Below are positions 18,397 to 28,600 of a stretch of 64,000 nucleotides of DNA, one piece after another. Within the stretch, counting starts at the first letter, position 1. Every line of letters starts with the position of its first letter. Where the stretch lies: the IMG/VR virus record IMGVR_UViG_3300037851_000452, positions 1-64,000 of that record. One strand, given 5' to 3'. This stretch comes from a virus. The notes below the pieces were generated by a model. It made no database searches and was not told the origin of the DNA. It saw nothing but the letters and a program-made list of their open reading frames with translations. The position numbers were made by a program, and so were the translations under genes.

Positions 18397-21396
18397 TCAG
18401 GTCTCTGCTAGGTCCTGACCATCAGTGTCAGAAAAGTCCAAGTCGGGGTCTGTAGTATAATTGAACCCCGAAGCTGAATCTATTTCGTCTCGTACAATGG
18501 CGCCTTCGGATGGGACACCAGGAAGGTCTCCTGACACAATCCTAGAATAATGAAGAATGGACCCGCTGTAAGAACCTGTCTCTTCGTTTGTAGAGAAAAA
18601 GTCTCTCAAGTATCCAGACAGAAGAAGGTCTACTGCCCGCTCGTATCTTCTATCCAAAAAGGCGTCGATCATCTTGTCTACCGGGTCAATAGAGCTGACT
18701 ACGTAGGGGTTCAACGACCCAGTAACTGTTAAGCTAGCAGTAGGAACAGAGGTCGTGTACTCGTCCTCTCGTTTTATCTCTTCCGAGATAATCGACAATA
18801 AAAGAGCAGAGATGTTCTTGGCTTGGTTTCTAGTAGACAAAAAGCTTTGTCCGGGAAGGATAGCCGATGTTATAGCGTAGTCCAGCTCGTTGAGGTTCTT
18901 GTTAAACCCGTACATGCCAAGAAGAGACTTAGAAGATAGTAGCGTAGTAAGTTTACCGCGCAAGATCTCATATGAGTTTGAGTAGTACCCCAAAATAGAA
19001 AACGACGCCTTCTCTATGTTGGACGGCAGTCCGCTCTCTAAAGTGAGCCGTGACCCGTCTACAGAACTAATAGATACGGAATTCGGATAACTGGTTATCT
19101 TAAGCAGGTCACCGGGAACCACGTTGGAAAAAACAAGAAGGGAGCCTAATTTGTCTACCGCCTCAAAATACGGTATGGCCGCGTACACTGGTCCAGATAC
19201 AAAATCTAGCGTAGTGGGTGCCTCTACGACTTCGACGAAGTCACCCCTCTGGGCAGTCAGCGTTTGTATTCTGACCACCTTTCTGAATATCCGGTATCTA
19301 AGACCGGACTCATTACCAACAAATAGCTTTCTACGAACCGTCAATGACGTAGTCCCTACAGTATCAATGCTGTAAGAGCCTAAAGCGTTTACCCCACTGG
19401 TTATTTCAACCTGGTCCCCCACCTTGACGCTAGAAAAATCAGCAGAAGAGTCAGACAGCGTACTGGACCATGTAGTAGACTGCATGGAACTTCCAGAAGC
19501 TATCTCAGAAACAATGACTGCTGCCGACGCGTAATTTGAAAAAGACGGGTGGGCGTTCAAAAGACCAACCAGGTCTTCTGGTTGGAGGACTCTGTAAGAG
19601 CTAAACTCCCCAATCCGCATACCCAAAGTTTCGTGAGACGAGCTCCAGACTACGTCATAAGAGCCTGCAGATTTAGAGAACACGTTAGACACGGAAATGG
19701 TAGGGTTAGACCAGCTACGAGGACTGAAAGATATCTTGTTTGCATTTCCCGGAGACGGAAAAGCCTTTACGTGAAAAGACAGAGCGGCGTACGGGACGTT
19801 GATGTCATAATCACCTTGAAGGCTCTCTATATCCGATACCAATTCGGACGCTGTTCTGACTCCCGAAGTAAACCTGGCGGTTTTAGTTGTTGGTCCTATC
19901 TTTGCGGACAAGCCGACCACCATGTCTGACAATGCAGGGTAGAATTTGGCCTGGTTGGAAGACGAAGACGTGCTGTACCCATGCAGAGTGGCTGCTCCAC
20001 TAGGATTGACCACTCCAGGAACAACCTCCACCAAAGCTTGAGTAGAAGACAGGACGTCCAATATCTCTACTCTTGATGTGCCGTACTTGATGTAGTTCCC
20101 TATATGATCCTGTCTAAATCCAAGAGACCCCAAGTCTCCTACCAAGGAGAATCCGGTAGCCGTTAACAACTTAGACGTCGGGCTGTATGAGGATATGGTT
20201 AAGGATTGAAGAGTTTCTAACTCAACTATGGATCTCCCGTTATAATCCTCCGGGCGCATCGAGTTCGGAGTGTTAAACGATATAGGAGACCCCAAATGCT
20301 TAAATCTCAAAGGCAGCCTGTTAGAAAACACCGCTGTGTCGAGACTACTCAAAGTAGCGGAAGAGCTGTACTGAGCTGGGTCTACCGTCATGTGGATACG
20401 GTCATTGACCCCAGAGGATATGGAGAACGGGCCGTCTATCCTGGCCGGAAGAGTGGAACCACCTACTCCAGAAAGCGGTACCGTAAATGATCCGCTCTTA
20501 AAGTTCAGGACAATGTGGTCCAAGTCGAATCCAATTTCCCAAGGCCCAGGAGATGAATCGACGTACGGTATCTCCCCGTCACCTGTAACCCTGCCATAAT
20601 GCTTTAGCTCAGCAGGTATGGGATTGTTGGGGGTTCTTATCTTTACTTCTTCAGGATTCTTGAAACCAGACAGCAAGGATACGGCCACCTTGCTAGACAA
20701 AGACTTCAGAAGGACATATCGGCTGCTGGCGATATTATCTGTAGAGGAGCTCTCTTTGATAATCTGGTCTATCTCGTCCAGACCCTGCTGTATCGAAGAA
20801 AGAGTTGTCTTAGAAACCGCCGAAGGGAGGTCTAGGGACTCAAAAGATGTTAACAGGTCCCTTAGGTTATAGAGACTGTTTAACAGAGACTGGTGTACCT
20901 CTTTAAGACGCTCCAGATTGTCCTTCAACAGATTTCTTGCGTCTTCTTTAGGGCGACTCAAAACACCAGAAGCAGACACTACGTTCTTGCGGTAGTTCTC
21001 CGAGAACCTGTCTATGTACTTATCGAACCTGGAAAGCTCCGGTCTATTCTTTAAAGACTGAGCTGCGTCTAAGGCCAGAATGGCCGTCTTGGCGTTGGAC
21101 AGGCTAGACGTATCAGACACTGGAGTTCCCTGCTGACCCAGCTCGTCCAAGAGGACCAACATGTCCTCCAAAAGATCTACCTCAGCCTTAGCCAGGGATA
21201 TTAGCCTGTTTCTTACAAGAAAGGCCACGTAGAAGATAGAGTCCGGGTACATTAGAAAAGTTATCCCGGCCATCTCCAAGAGCTGAGCGTATTCTTGGCT
21301 GGTGTTCAGAACCCCAGCCTCTTTCACCGGCTCTACCTGAGCTCTGAATAGCTTAGCGGACTCGGAAAACAGTTCCGCGTCTGTGTAGTTAGGCAT
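18397..21396 (-). CDS. Large virion structural protein (helical termini, beta-rich core)
   Basis: 999 aa; carries the FSSVKVGDQVEITSG...GSYSIDTV barrel repeat shared with baseplate proteins. Confidence 0.65.
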   Translation of the reverse strand: MPNYTDAELFSESAKLFRAQVEPVKEAGVLNTSQEYAQLLEMAGITFLMYPDSIFYVAFLVRNRLISLAKAEVDLLEDMLVLLDELGQQGTPVSDTSSLSNAKTAILALDAAQSLKNRPELSRFDKYIDRFSENYRKNVVSASGVLSRPKEDARNLLKDNLERLKEVHQSLLNSLYNLRDLLTSFESLDLPSAVSKTTLSSIQQGLDEIDQIIKESSSTDNIASSRYVLLKSLSSKVAVSLLSGFKNPEEVKIRTPNNPIPAELKHYGRVTGDGEIPYVDSSPGPWEIGFDLDHIVLNFKSGSFTVPLSGVGGSTLPARIDGPFSISSGVNDRIHMTVDPAQYSSSATLSSLDTAVFSNRLPLRFKHLGSPISFNTPNSMRPEDYNGRSIVELETLQSLTISSYSPTSKLLTATGFSLVGDLGSLGFRQDHIGNYIKYGTSRVEILDVLSSTQALVEVVPGVVNPSGAATLHGYSTSSSSNQAKFYPALSDMVVGLSAKIGPTTKTARFTSGVRTASELVSDIESLQGDYDINVPYAALSFHVKAFPSPGNANKISFSPRSWSNPTISVSNVFSKSAGSYDVVWSSSHETLGMRIGEFSSYRVLQPEDLVGLLNAHPSFSNYASAAVIVSEIASGSSMQSTTWSSTLSDSSADFSSVKVGDQVEITSGVNALGSYSIDTVGTTSLTVRRKLFVGNESGLRYRIFRKVVRIQTLTAQRGDFVEVVEAPTTLDFVSGPVYAAIPYFEAVDKLGSLLVFSNVVPGDLLKITSYPNSVSISSVDGSRLTLESGLPSNIEKASFSILGYYSNSYEILRGKLTTLLSSKSLLGMYGFNKNLNELDYAITSAILPGQSFLSTRNQAKNISALLLSIISEEIKREDEYTTSVPTASLTVTGSLNPYVVSSIDPVDKMIDAFLDRRYERAVDLLLSGYLRDFFSTNEETGSYSGSILHYSRIVSGDLPGVPSEGAIVRDEIDSASGFNYTTDPDLDFSDTDGQDLAET

Positions 21397-21868
21397 AAGC
21401 AGCTACCTGCCAAGAAACTAAAGGCACTTTGTGTATCTGGGAATGCTTTCTAACCACAGCCGGCTCTTGTATGGCTGTGAACTCCGAGAGCATTCTGGGA
21501 TAGAAAGGCAAAGAGCATCGACAATTAGTCCAAGAGCCAGTCTCCTTTACCGATATCTCTACCTCTTTCTGAAAGAAGTCCCCCTTGAACGACGAGGTCT
21601 CCAGCCTCTTAATATCCGAACGGGTCAGCTTTGTGGTCATCCTCCGAAGATAGTCTGGGTCCCAGTTGAACATCGCACAAACTTCTTCAAAACTGTATCC
21701 GTTGTCATACTCTTGGTCTTCGGTAAACACGTAATTGAATGCGTACTGCCACTCCATTTTGAACTCGCCGCACCCCTTGTAGAGCACGTAGTCAAATACA
21801 GCTCTTCTAAGAACGGCAGCCCATAAAAGTTTAACCCTAGGAGGGATGTCTTTTACTAGATGAATCAC
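21389..21868 (-). CDS. Uncharacterised helical protein (LWAAVLRRA...SFEEVC...DPDYLR type)
   Basis: Motif pattern recalled from a family of small uncharacterised phage/bacterial proteins; overlaps both neighbours. Confidence 0.6.
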   Translation of the reverse strand: MIHLVKDIPPRVKLLWAAVLRRAVFDYVLYKGCGEFKMEWQYAFNYVFTEDQEYDNGYSFEEVCAMFNWDPDYLRRMTTKLTRSDIKRLETSSFKGDFFQKEVEISVKETGSWTNCRCSLPFYPRMLSEFTAIQEPAVVRKHSQIHKVPLVSWQVAAYA

Positions 21869-23127
21869 GCGGTGACCTCCACAGATAAAACAGGGGCGAT
21901 CAGCGCCGGAACGTCTGGTACTCTGGGAATGTACGTATCGGGGACTCTGGAGAATGCGATAGTGGTAGTTCCTGGAGCCCGGCCATCCACCCTGAAAAGA
22001 CCCTCTTGGGTAATGCTTACGTCAACTAGGGACGGGGAAGCTACAGTCCAGGAAATAAACTTCTCAATCCAAGGCTTGCCAAAAGTCTCCTGGTCGTTAG
22101 AACCGATTATCTTTATGGAGCGTTCGATGAATCCCCCAACAGATAGGGTAATCGGGTCGGTAGAGCCTAGTACCACCGACTCTGAGTACGGATAGAGGAC
22201 GTCTTCTAGCTTAGCCCCCGCGGTTAGAGGGACCACAACGGCTGCGGACGAAGGCCACATGGAGTCTGACCACCCAAGAACATCAACGTCAAAAACACCC
22301 CCGTGGGGTAGCATGACCTCGAGGTATCCGGACTGGTCAGTAAGGACCGTAACCTCACCCATAAGTATCTGACGCTGAACGATGGCAGGCGTAGACTGAC
22401 CAGTTCCACCAGACAAAATGACCGAGGCAATTTGAGGCCGCGGAGTAAAACGAACACGGGCTTTCGCTATAGCAGCCCCACTGGGTAAGCACAGGTACCC
22501 GGATATGAGGCAGTAGTCTGGGACAAGTGATTCTGGAATGACTGCGGTGTGTGCTTGAAAATCAAAATCGTTAGTGGCTCCCACAGGAAGTGGATCCAGG
22601 ACCAAAAACTGTTGGGTTGGGCCGTTAAGAAAGGTCCATCCCGTCTTAAGGAACCTGGCTATGTACGTCGTGCCAGAAGGAGAGCCAGACAAAGACAGCT
22701 CTACGTACCCGTCGGCGTCTGTAAGAGACTCCGTCATAAAGTTGTCGAGACTGTCATATAGCCTAATCAGACAAGATGGTACGGGAGCTGGAGTCGGGTC
22801 ATCCGTGACTGTCCTCAACCGTACTAATGACCCGGTCATTCCAACATGGCCAACCGCCGTAAACTCATTCGGAGGAGATGGCGGGTCAGTTACAGAAAGC
22901 TCTATGCTGGCTCCAGGAAACGATACCCCTAGTTTGAAGAGTCGAGCAGTGTATAAGACAGGGGATACGTCTCCCAAAAGGGAAACAATAAGCTCCCCAG
23001 CAATGTCCGTTACCCCCTCAGTGACAAAGGCGTTAAGCCCGTCGAAGACCTGTACCAGAACTCCACTAATAGGAGCCGGCGCTACCTGATCGTCTACCGT
23101 ACGTATAGTTACACTTACCAAGGCCAT
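21865..23127 (-). CDS. Virion accessory protein: tandem transthyretin/carboxypeptidase-regulatory-like domains plus Big_2 Ig domain
   Basis: Repeats ...VTDIAGELIVSL, ...LTDADGYVELSL and ...LTDQSGYLEVML; C-terminal SWTVASPSLVDV...GRAPGTTTI. Confidence 0.65.
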   Translation of the reverse strand: MALVSVTIRTVDDQVAPAPISGVLVQVFDGLNAFVTEGVTDIAGELIVSLLGDVSPVLYTARLFKLGVSFPGASIELSVTDPPSPPNEFTAVGHVGMTGSLVRLRTVTDDPTPAPVPSCLIRLYDSLDNFMTESLTDADGYVELSLSGSPSGTTYIARFLKTGWTFLNGPTQQFLVLDPLPVGATNDFDFQAHTAVIPESLVPDYCLISGYLCLPSGAAIAKARVRFTPRPQIASVILSGGTGQSTPAIVQRQILMGEVTVLTDQSGYLEVMLPHGGVFDVDVLGWSDSMWPSSAAVVVPLTAGAKLEDVLYPYSESVVLGSTDPITLSVGGFIERSIKIIGSNDQETFGKPWIEKFISWTVASPSLVDVSITQEGLFRVDGRAPGTTTIAFSRVPDTYIPRVPDVPALIAPVLSVEVTA

Positions 23128-24071
23128 TAGATTGTCCTACGCGGTGCAACAGGGAAGGGAAGAATGCTGATGCTGAACGGGTCTGGGGCGGAGCTCATGA
23201 CGGACATCAAGTCCGCCTCCGAAGCATCAGGTATCACGATGGAACGGATAACTCCTGTACCCTCAAACACGACCTTGACCTTTAGCCCCCGAACCAAAGA
23301 AACCTCTGCGTGTCCTGAGTTGCTTGTCTTTATTGTGATAGGCTCTCGGTTCAGACCGACCTGATACCCTTGAACAGTAAAGAGTTCGTACTCTGGATAA
23401 AAAGATATCTCCTGGTTTGGCACAGAGATACCTCTTGCGTCTACCAGGTCTACTTTTACCAAGCACAGGTTGTCCGCGTCCACCAGGGTGCTGACGTCGC
23501 CCTCAAACGGTGACGAGTCGTTGCTCTCTAGGGACGAGGCGGTGTTGTAGAACTGCGCCTTGTAAAAGTATCCCGCCTCACCGTCGTTATCGACGTAAGT
23601 GTAGTTAGCGATGTTTGTAGTAAGCGGTATATTTGTATCCTCTCCGATGTCCCTCGTACCATCTGCCCATCCAAAGGAGGGAGCCGCACTACCACCCACT
23701 ATCTCTATTCGAGATATGGTCCCTGTTCGGGTGCTGGTGAGCTTGAGGTGGTTGGAGTCGTCGGAGGCTACGGTGGCGCCTAGGACAGAGTTTATGTAGT
23801 CCGCGGCCTGGGTCGTAGTTAAGGGGGCTATCCCGGGAAACAGAACGCTGTACATGTCCTCACGGTCTACGTACAGCTGAAGAGTCTTGCCCCCAACGTC
23901 ATAGGTACCGGACGACGGGGCTCTTAAAGAAGCCGGAGCTGCCGCATTGGCAGTAATAAGGCTGTACGAGCCGCCTACTCCGGATGTGGATCTCTTTATA
24001 CGAATGACGTTAAACGACAATAGGACCTGATTAACGTCGGTCACACTGATGCTTAGACGTACAGCTCCCAC
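23127..24071 (-). CDS. Virion accessory Ig/Fn3-like protein
   Basis: YTYVDNDGEAGYFYKAQFY Fn3-like segment; C-terminal transthyretin-like domain (KTSNSGHAEVSLVRG) paralogous to the neighbouring gene. Confidence 0.6.
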   Translation of the reverse strand: MGAVRLSISVTDVNQVLLSFNVIRIKRSTSGVGGSYSLITANAAAPASLRAPSSGTYDVGGKTLQLYVDREDMYSVLFPGIAPLTTTQAADYINSVLGATVASDDSNHLKLTSTRTGTISRIEIVGGSAAPSFGWADGTRDIGEDTNIPLTTNIANYTYVDNDGEAGYFYKAQFYNTASSLESNDSSPFEGDVSTLVDADNLCLVKVDLVDARGISVPNQEISFYPEYELFTVQGYQVGLNREPITIKTSNSGHAEVSLVRGLKVKVVFEGTGVIRSIVIPDASEADLMSVMSSAPDPFSISILPFPVAPRRTI

Positions 24072-24092
24072 GAGACCGCTCCTTAAAAGATT

Positions 24093-24377
24093 CTAGGGCT
24101 CTTCAGATCCACCGTCTATACACGGGACCTGATCTCCTGCCTCTACTATTATAGGAACTGGGGTCTTGACGATAGAGGCTCCTGTAATTCCAGGAACCAT
24201 GGAGCTGGGAGACAGAGATTCGGCCCCCACTATGACCGGGACAGGCGTACTTGCTACAGCAGCCCCAGTAATCGTAGGTTTTTCTGACTCCACGTCCGTA
24301 ATCGAGGGCCCAGGACCGTATATCACGCCACCCATTCTTCCGGGGCATAAGTACCCGCGGGTGGCTAGACTGATCAT
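24093..24377 (-). CDS. Small Pro-rich repeat protein
   Basis: Six P-x-I units; ATGA-coupled to the upstream gene. Confidence 0.55.
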   Translation of the reverse strand: MISLATRGYLCPGRMGGVIYGPGPSITDVESEKPTITGAAVASTPVPVIVGAESLSPSSMVPGITGASIVKTPVPIIVEAGDQVPCIDGGSEEP

Positions 24378-25018
24378 GGGTAAATCCTCTTCAGAACAAA
24401 GGACTTGTTAACCCCCGACTCGTAGTCGGCTTTGATCTCGAATTCTGCCAAACGACCCAATGTCTCGTTTCCATCTGGAGAGGATGGGACTCGGCTTGGG
24501 TGGTCGAACATCCTAAGTCTAGCAGATCTGAGAAGAGACCCCTCGTATACCTGTCGGTCCAGCATGGAATTGTGGTGCAGAAGGCCTTTGACCAGCTCGA
24601 GCTGTCCCATGATGGTGTCGGACCCTATCAATATGGGGTCTGGCTGGGCGTGGGGGATGTAGACTTCGTTTGTTATTACGTGTGTCTCGGCCGCAAATCC
24701 TACCGGGGAGGATTCGTGCCTGTAGTAGATAACATAGATAATCTCTAGACCGACCTTCGTCTGCTCGAACAGATATGAGTACATACCAGGGGAGTTGGCT
24801 GGGTCAATCTCCGCCAAGGGGTGCCAATAGGGTCCGGGAACGAAAGAAGAGCCGTTCCAGTAGTAGTTGTCCAAAGGAGCACCGTGTGTTTCTTGGTAGC
24901 GCCTAATGGATACTTCTGGGTGCTTTCCTACCGACCCGGACCCGCTTGGATCGACAAGGGAGAGCACCAACGGTATGTCCGCCGTAGTTGGCCACCGTAT
25001 ATACTCTTCCCTGGACAT
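24374..25018 (-). CDS. Hypothetical virion protein (Ig-like N-domain)
   Basis: LAEIDPANSPGMYSYLF resembles 39539-40000. Confidence 0.6.
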   Translation of the reverse strand: MSREEYIRWPTTADIPLVLSLVDPSGSGSVGKHPEVSIRRYQETHGAPLDNYYWNGSSFVPGPYWHPLAEIDPANSPGMYSYLFEQTKVGLEIIYVIYYRHESSPVGFAAETHVITNEVYIPHAQPDPILIGSDTIMGQLELVKGLLHHNSMLDRQVYEGSLLRSARLRMFDHPSRVPSSPDGNETLGRLAEFEIKADYESGVNKSFVLKRIYP

Positions 25019-25020
25019 TC

Positions 25021-25260
25021 CTAGTTACCCTGCGCCTCTTCCTGAGGCTGATTGGGGAGCTGGATGGTTCCCCGGGCCAGGTCTACAGAGGCCTGGCGAA
25101 GACTGATGCCCAAACGGGCCTCCACCCGATGCTCGATATCCAGCTGCTCCTTGGCGATGGCCTCTGATTCCAGCCGAACTTGGGTCTCCAAAAGTTGTCG
25201 CCGCAGCGTAATGTTACGGAGCTCTAGGATCTCTTCTTTGGTCAAGGCATGGTCAGACAT
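25021..25260 (-). CDS. Small coiled-coil protein downstream of fibre
   Basis: SD GGAGAG; heptad pattern. Confidence 0.6.
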   Translation of the reverse strand: MSDHALTKEEILELRNITLRRQLLETQVRLESEAIAKEQLDIEHRVEARLGISLRQASVDLARGTIQLPNQPQEEAQGN

Positions 25261-25274
25261 TCTTCTCTCCTACG

Positions 25275-25604
25275 TTAAGACAAGGTTCCTGCCGCAATCA
25301 CGTTTGCGTCAGCAAGATGCTGGTATAGCGCTCTTTTAACCGCGTCGTAAGTAGATTCCCCCTCATTTGGTTCCGAATTTTCTACCAGGCTGGTGTAAGA
25401 CGCTCCCGTAATTTCGTGAGCCACGGCCTTGCTCTTTGGAACCAGACCCGGAACCCAATTCCCCTCTACCGTATTCCCATACTGCAGGTATACGATAATC
25501 CTGCCGTTGAGAATGTCCTGGTCAAATCGAACAATCCGCACCTGGGTATAGTCCGAAGTGTCCATGTCGCCGACGTCGATCGCTGTCGTAAGCTGCCAAG
25601 GCAT
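25275..25604 (-). CDS. Putative tail-fibre assembly/chaperone protein
   Basis: Start reassigned to ATG 25604 (MPWQL) behind GGAGGAG; immediately follows the long fibre. Confidence 0.55.
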   Translation of the reverse strand: MPWQLTTAIDVGDMDTSDYTQVRIVRFDQDILNGRIIVYLQYGNTVEGNWVPGLVPKSKAVAHEITGASYTSLVENSEPNEGESTYDAVKRALYQHLADANVIAAGTLS

Positions 25605-25630
25605 GATAATTCTCCTCCAAAACAAGAATG

Positions 25631-28600
25631 TTACTTCTGAACAAGAGCCTCTAGGTCTTTTACCTTTTGAGCTAGTTCTTGAACAGCCTTAACCAGGTAC
25701 TTGACGAGTATGCTGTCTCCGACCAAGTACTCGTCCCTATCTTTGTCATGGGATACCAGTTCCGGAATAACATCCATTACCTCCTGAGCCACGTATCCGA
25801 TGGACTGAGGCGGTAGCTTATTGTCTTTCCACTCAAAAGCGCGCATCGGAAGTCGGCAAAGAAGGTCCAAGGCGTTGATCTGAGTGGGGCGGATATTATC
25901 CTTCCTACGTGCGTCCGACGCCGAAGCAAACCTGGCGTAGGGGCTCGACGTAGAATAGTCGATATAGGCTATGTTCTCATAGGCACTATCCTGCAAAGCA
26001 ATCCATCGAGCGTCACCCGACGTACCACTTCCGGCAGTGATGTCCGGGCCACACGAGATTGCGATACCGTACCGATTAGCGTTAGACCCCGCATTGAGGA
26101 ACGTTGCCGAATATCCGCTTGCGTACGTCGTGGTACAGTAAATACCGTAGTTAGAAGAAGCGGCAACGTAAATGCCCAAACCCGCACCACTGTGCTGGAA
26201 CTGACCTGCCTTAGAACTGGTATTGGTAGAACTGCACTTTCCTAAAATTCCGTAGACCTCTCCGTTGCCCTTAGTCTCTCCGCAAACCGCGTACTGGTAG
26301 GCCGTAGTTGAAGTTGTTTCAGAGTATATACCAGCTCCAGCAGAAACAACGTGCAAAGACGACCCTAGAGCACCGGAGGTTCCGATGCCTATATTGCCTC
26401 CCAAAGGATTAAGAACAATGTCTCTGGCCGTATTAGAAGACGTCCTACCCTGAAGATACAGAGGGTAGGGTGAGGTGTCTTCTAGCCCAATAGCTATCTC
26501 TGAGTTTTCATTCCTCAGAATTTGCCCAGAAGCGGTGCCCCAAGTGAGGCTGACATTTGTGGTGTTTGGACAATACGCATGGAAGTACGCCGATGGCGTG
26601 ACCCCAGACAACCCCACCTTACCGTCGTAGGTGATATGGAGCTGCTTGCTCCCAGAGCCAACCCCTGATTGTGCATTAGTCCAGACCTGGAACCCGGAGT
26701 AAGCGCTGGCCTTCAGATCGTCAGTCTCTCTCGTAAGAGAGTAGACTACCGTGCTGCCGCTACGCCCCTCGTACCCCTGATCATCTCCACTGCACTCATT
26801 GATAATGTTCCCGCCAACCCACATTGTGTAGGCTGTACGAGACAGGCGTACGACTTCAGTAGAGCCTACAACAAACCTAAGATCTCCTACGTTCCCGCTA
26901 CCCGCAGCATTGGTACCAACAAGGCTCATGTATGCTTGGTACGAGGAATCCGAAACCAGAACGTATGCGGTATCGTTCGATGAAGGGCCATTAACACCGC
27001 GAACAGATATTCCGTTAGTGTTGTCCGTGCTTTGAAAATATGCAAAGCCTCCGTCAACCCCTGACCCTTTTACGTGTAGCTTGTAAGACGGGGATCCTCC
27101 AATGCCCACCTTATCGCCAAACTCAACAAGGCCGGTGCCGGTCTTTAATGCGTAGCTAAGAGTGCCGCCAGCCTGGTTATCAACATAGATTCCGTAGGTA
27201 TTTGTAGTGTAGGTAGCAGACTGCTGTCCGATACGGATGCCATAGGCGTTAGTACACGCCCCTCCGCTAGGTAGGAAGTTCTCAATCTTGATTCCGTAAG
27301 AATCCGTCACAGAACCATTAGACATGGTCCTGTATAGAGTTAGGTTGCTTACAGTAGACGTAGTTCCCCCAGACCCAGAAATATCGGCCCTCAAAAAGGC
27401 GTTTACAACACCAGTAAGGGTGCCCGTTGTATGGCTGGCGCTTATGTATGAGTTGATGTTGTATCTGCTAAATGCCTCAGCTGCAGTACAACTGAGGTTG
27501 TTATACATACTGCAATAGTCTGCGCTTATGGCTCCAAGAGACGTCTTGTCAGTCTTTATACCGATAGAACTGACTGGGGCAGCACCGACCCCTAAATTAC
27601 CAACAAGGCGTAAGTCATCCCCAAAGCGCACTTGTCCAGTGCCGGTGTAAATGGCGTAATTTGTAGTTCCTCCAGATTGGTTGCCAATGTAAATACCGTA
27701 GTTTGTGGTTACAGTGCTAAGAGTGTTGCTCAATGACCCAATGTTGATACCGTACGAAGTTCCTATTGTCCCGCCATTAGAAAGGCTACGGCTGATCTGC
27801 AGACCTGTCGAAGACGTCGCGCTCCCACCGAGTATGGTCTCCAAAATAATATTGTGCCCTACGATTTCCGACAGAGTCCCGGTCGTATGTGTCGTGCTAA
27901 CAACTGTGTATATGCCCGTTCGATTATACGCCTCTGCGGTATCAGCGGATACGCCACACCAAATTCCGTAATAGTGGGCGGTCAATGCGCCAACTTGCTT
28001 CTGAAAGTTGATGCCCTTGTTCGATACAGGGGCCACATGCACGCCAAGGTTACCCCCAAATTGAACTAGCCCGGTCCCCGTCTGCAGTGCCGTGTTGGAC
28101 GCTGAACTCGTCGAGAAATACCCCCCAACGCCCGTGCTAGAACTCGACCCGTACACAGCGTATCCGGTAGACGTAGATCCCTCAACGCCACGACCAGCGT
28201 TACAGGTCCCGTAAACACCTACGGCGCTGGTGGACGATGATGCAGCTAGCCCGTACACACCGCGCGTGTCTCCCGACGCGCCCTGATGTGACCCGTAGAC
28301 TCCTGCGGATCCGCTAGTTGTTGAATTACACTGACCAAATACCCCGTACGTGATCCCCGTTGCACCGCTAGCAACGCCCTTAACACCCGTCGAGGCATTC
28401 GTAGTAGAGGCCACGGCACCGTGAATTCCGTAGGACTCTCCTGTTGCAGCGGTGGAATAGCCCCATATAACGGGGGTAGTCGTTGCTGTATCGTTCACGC
28501 CTATGATAGCGCTATTTGACCCGGAGTAGCTGGCCTGTATAACAGCGGAAGGAGAGGTAGTCCCCACCCCCAAACGCTTGTTGGTGTTGTCCCAGAATAG

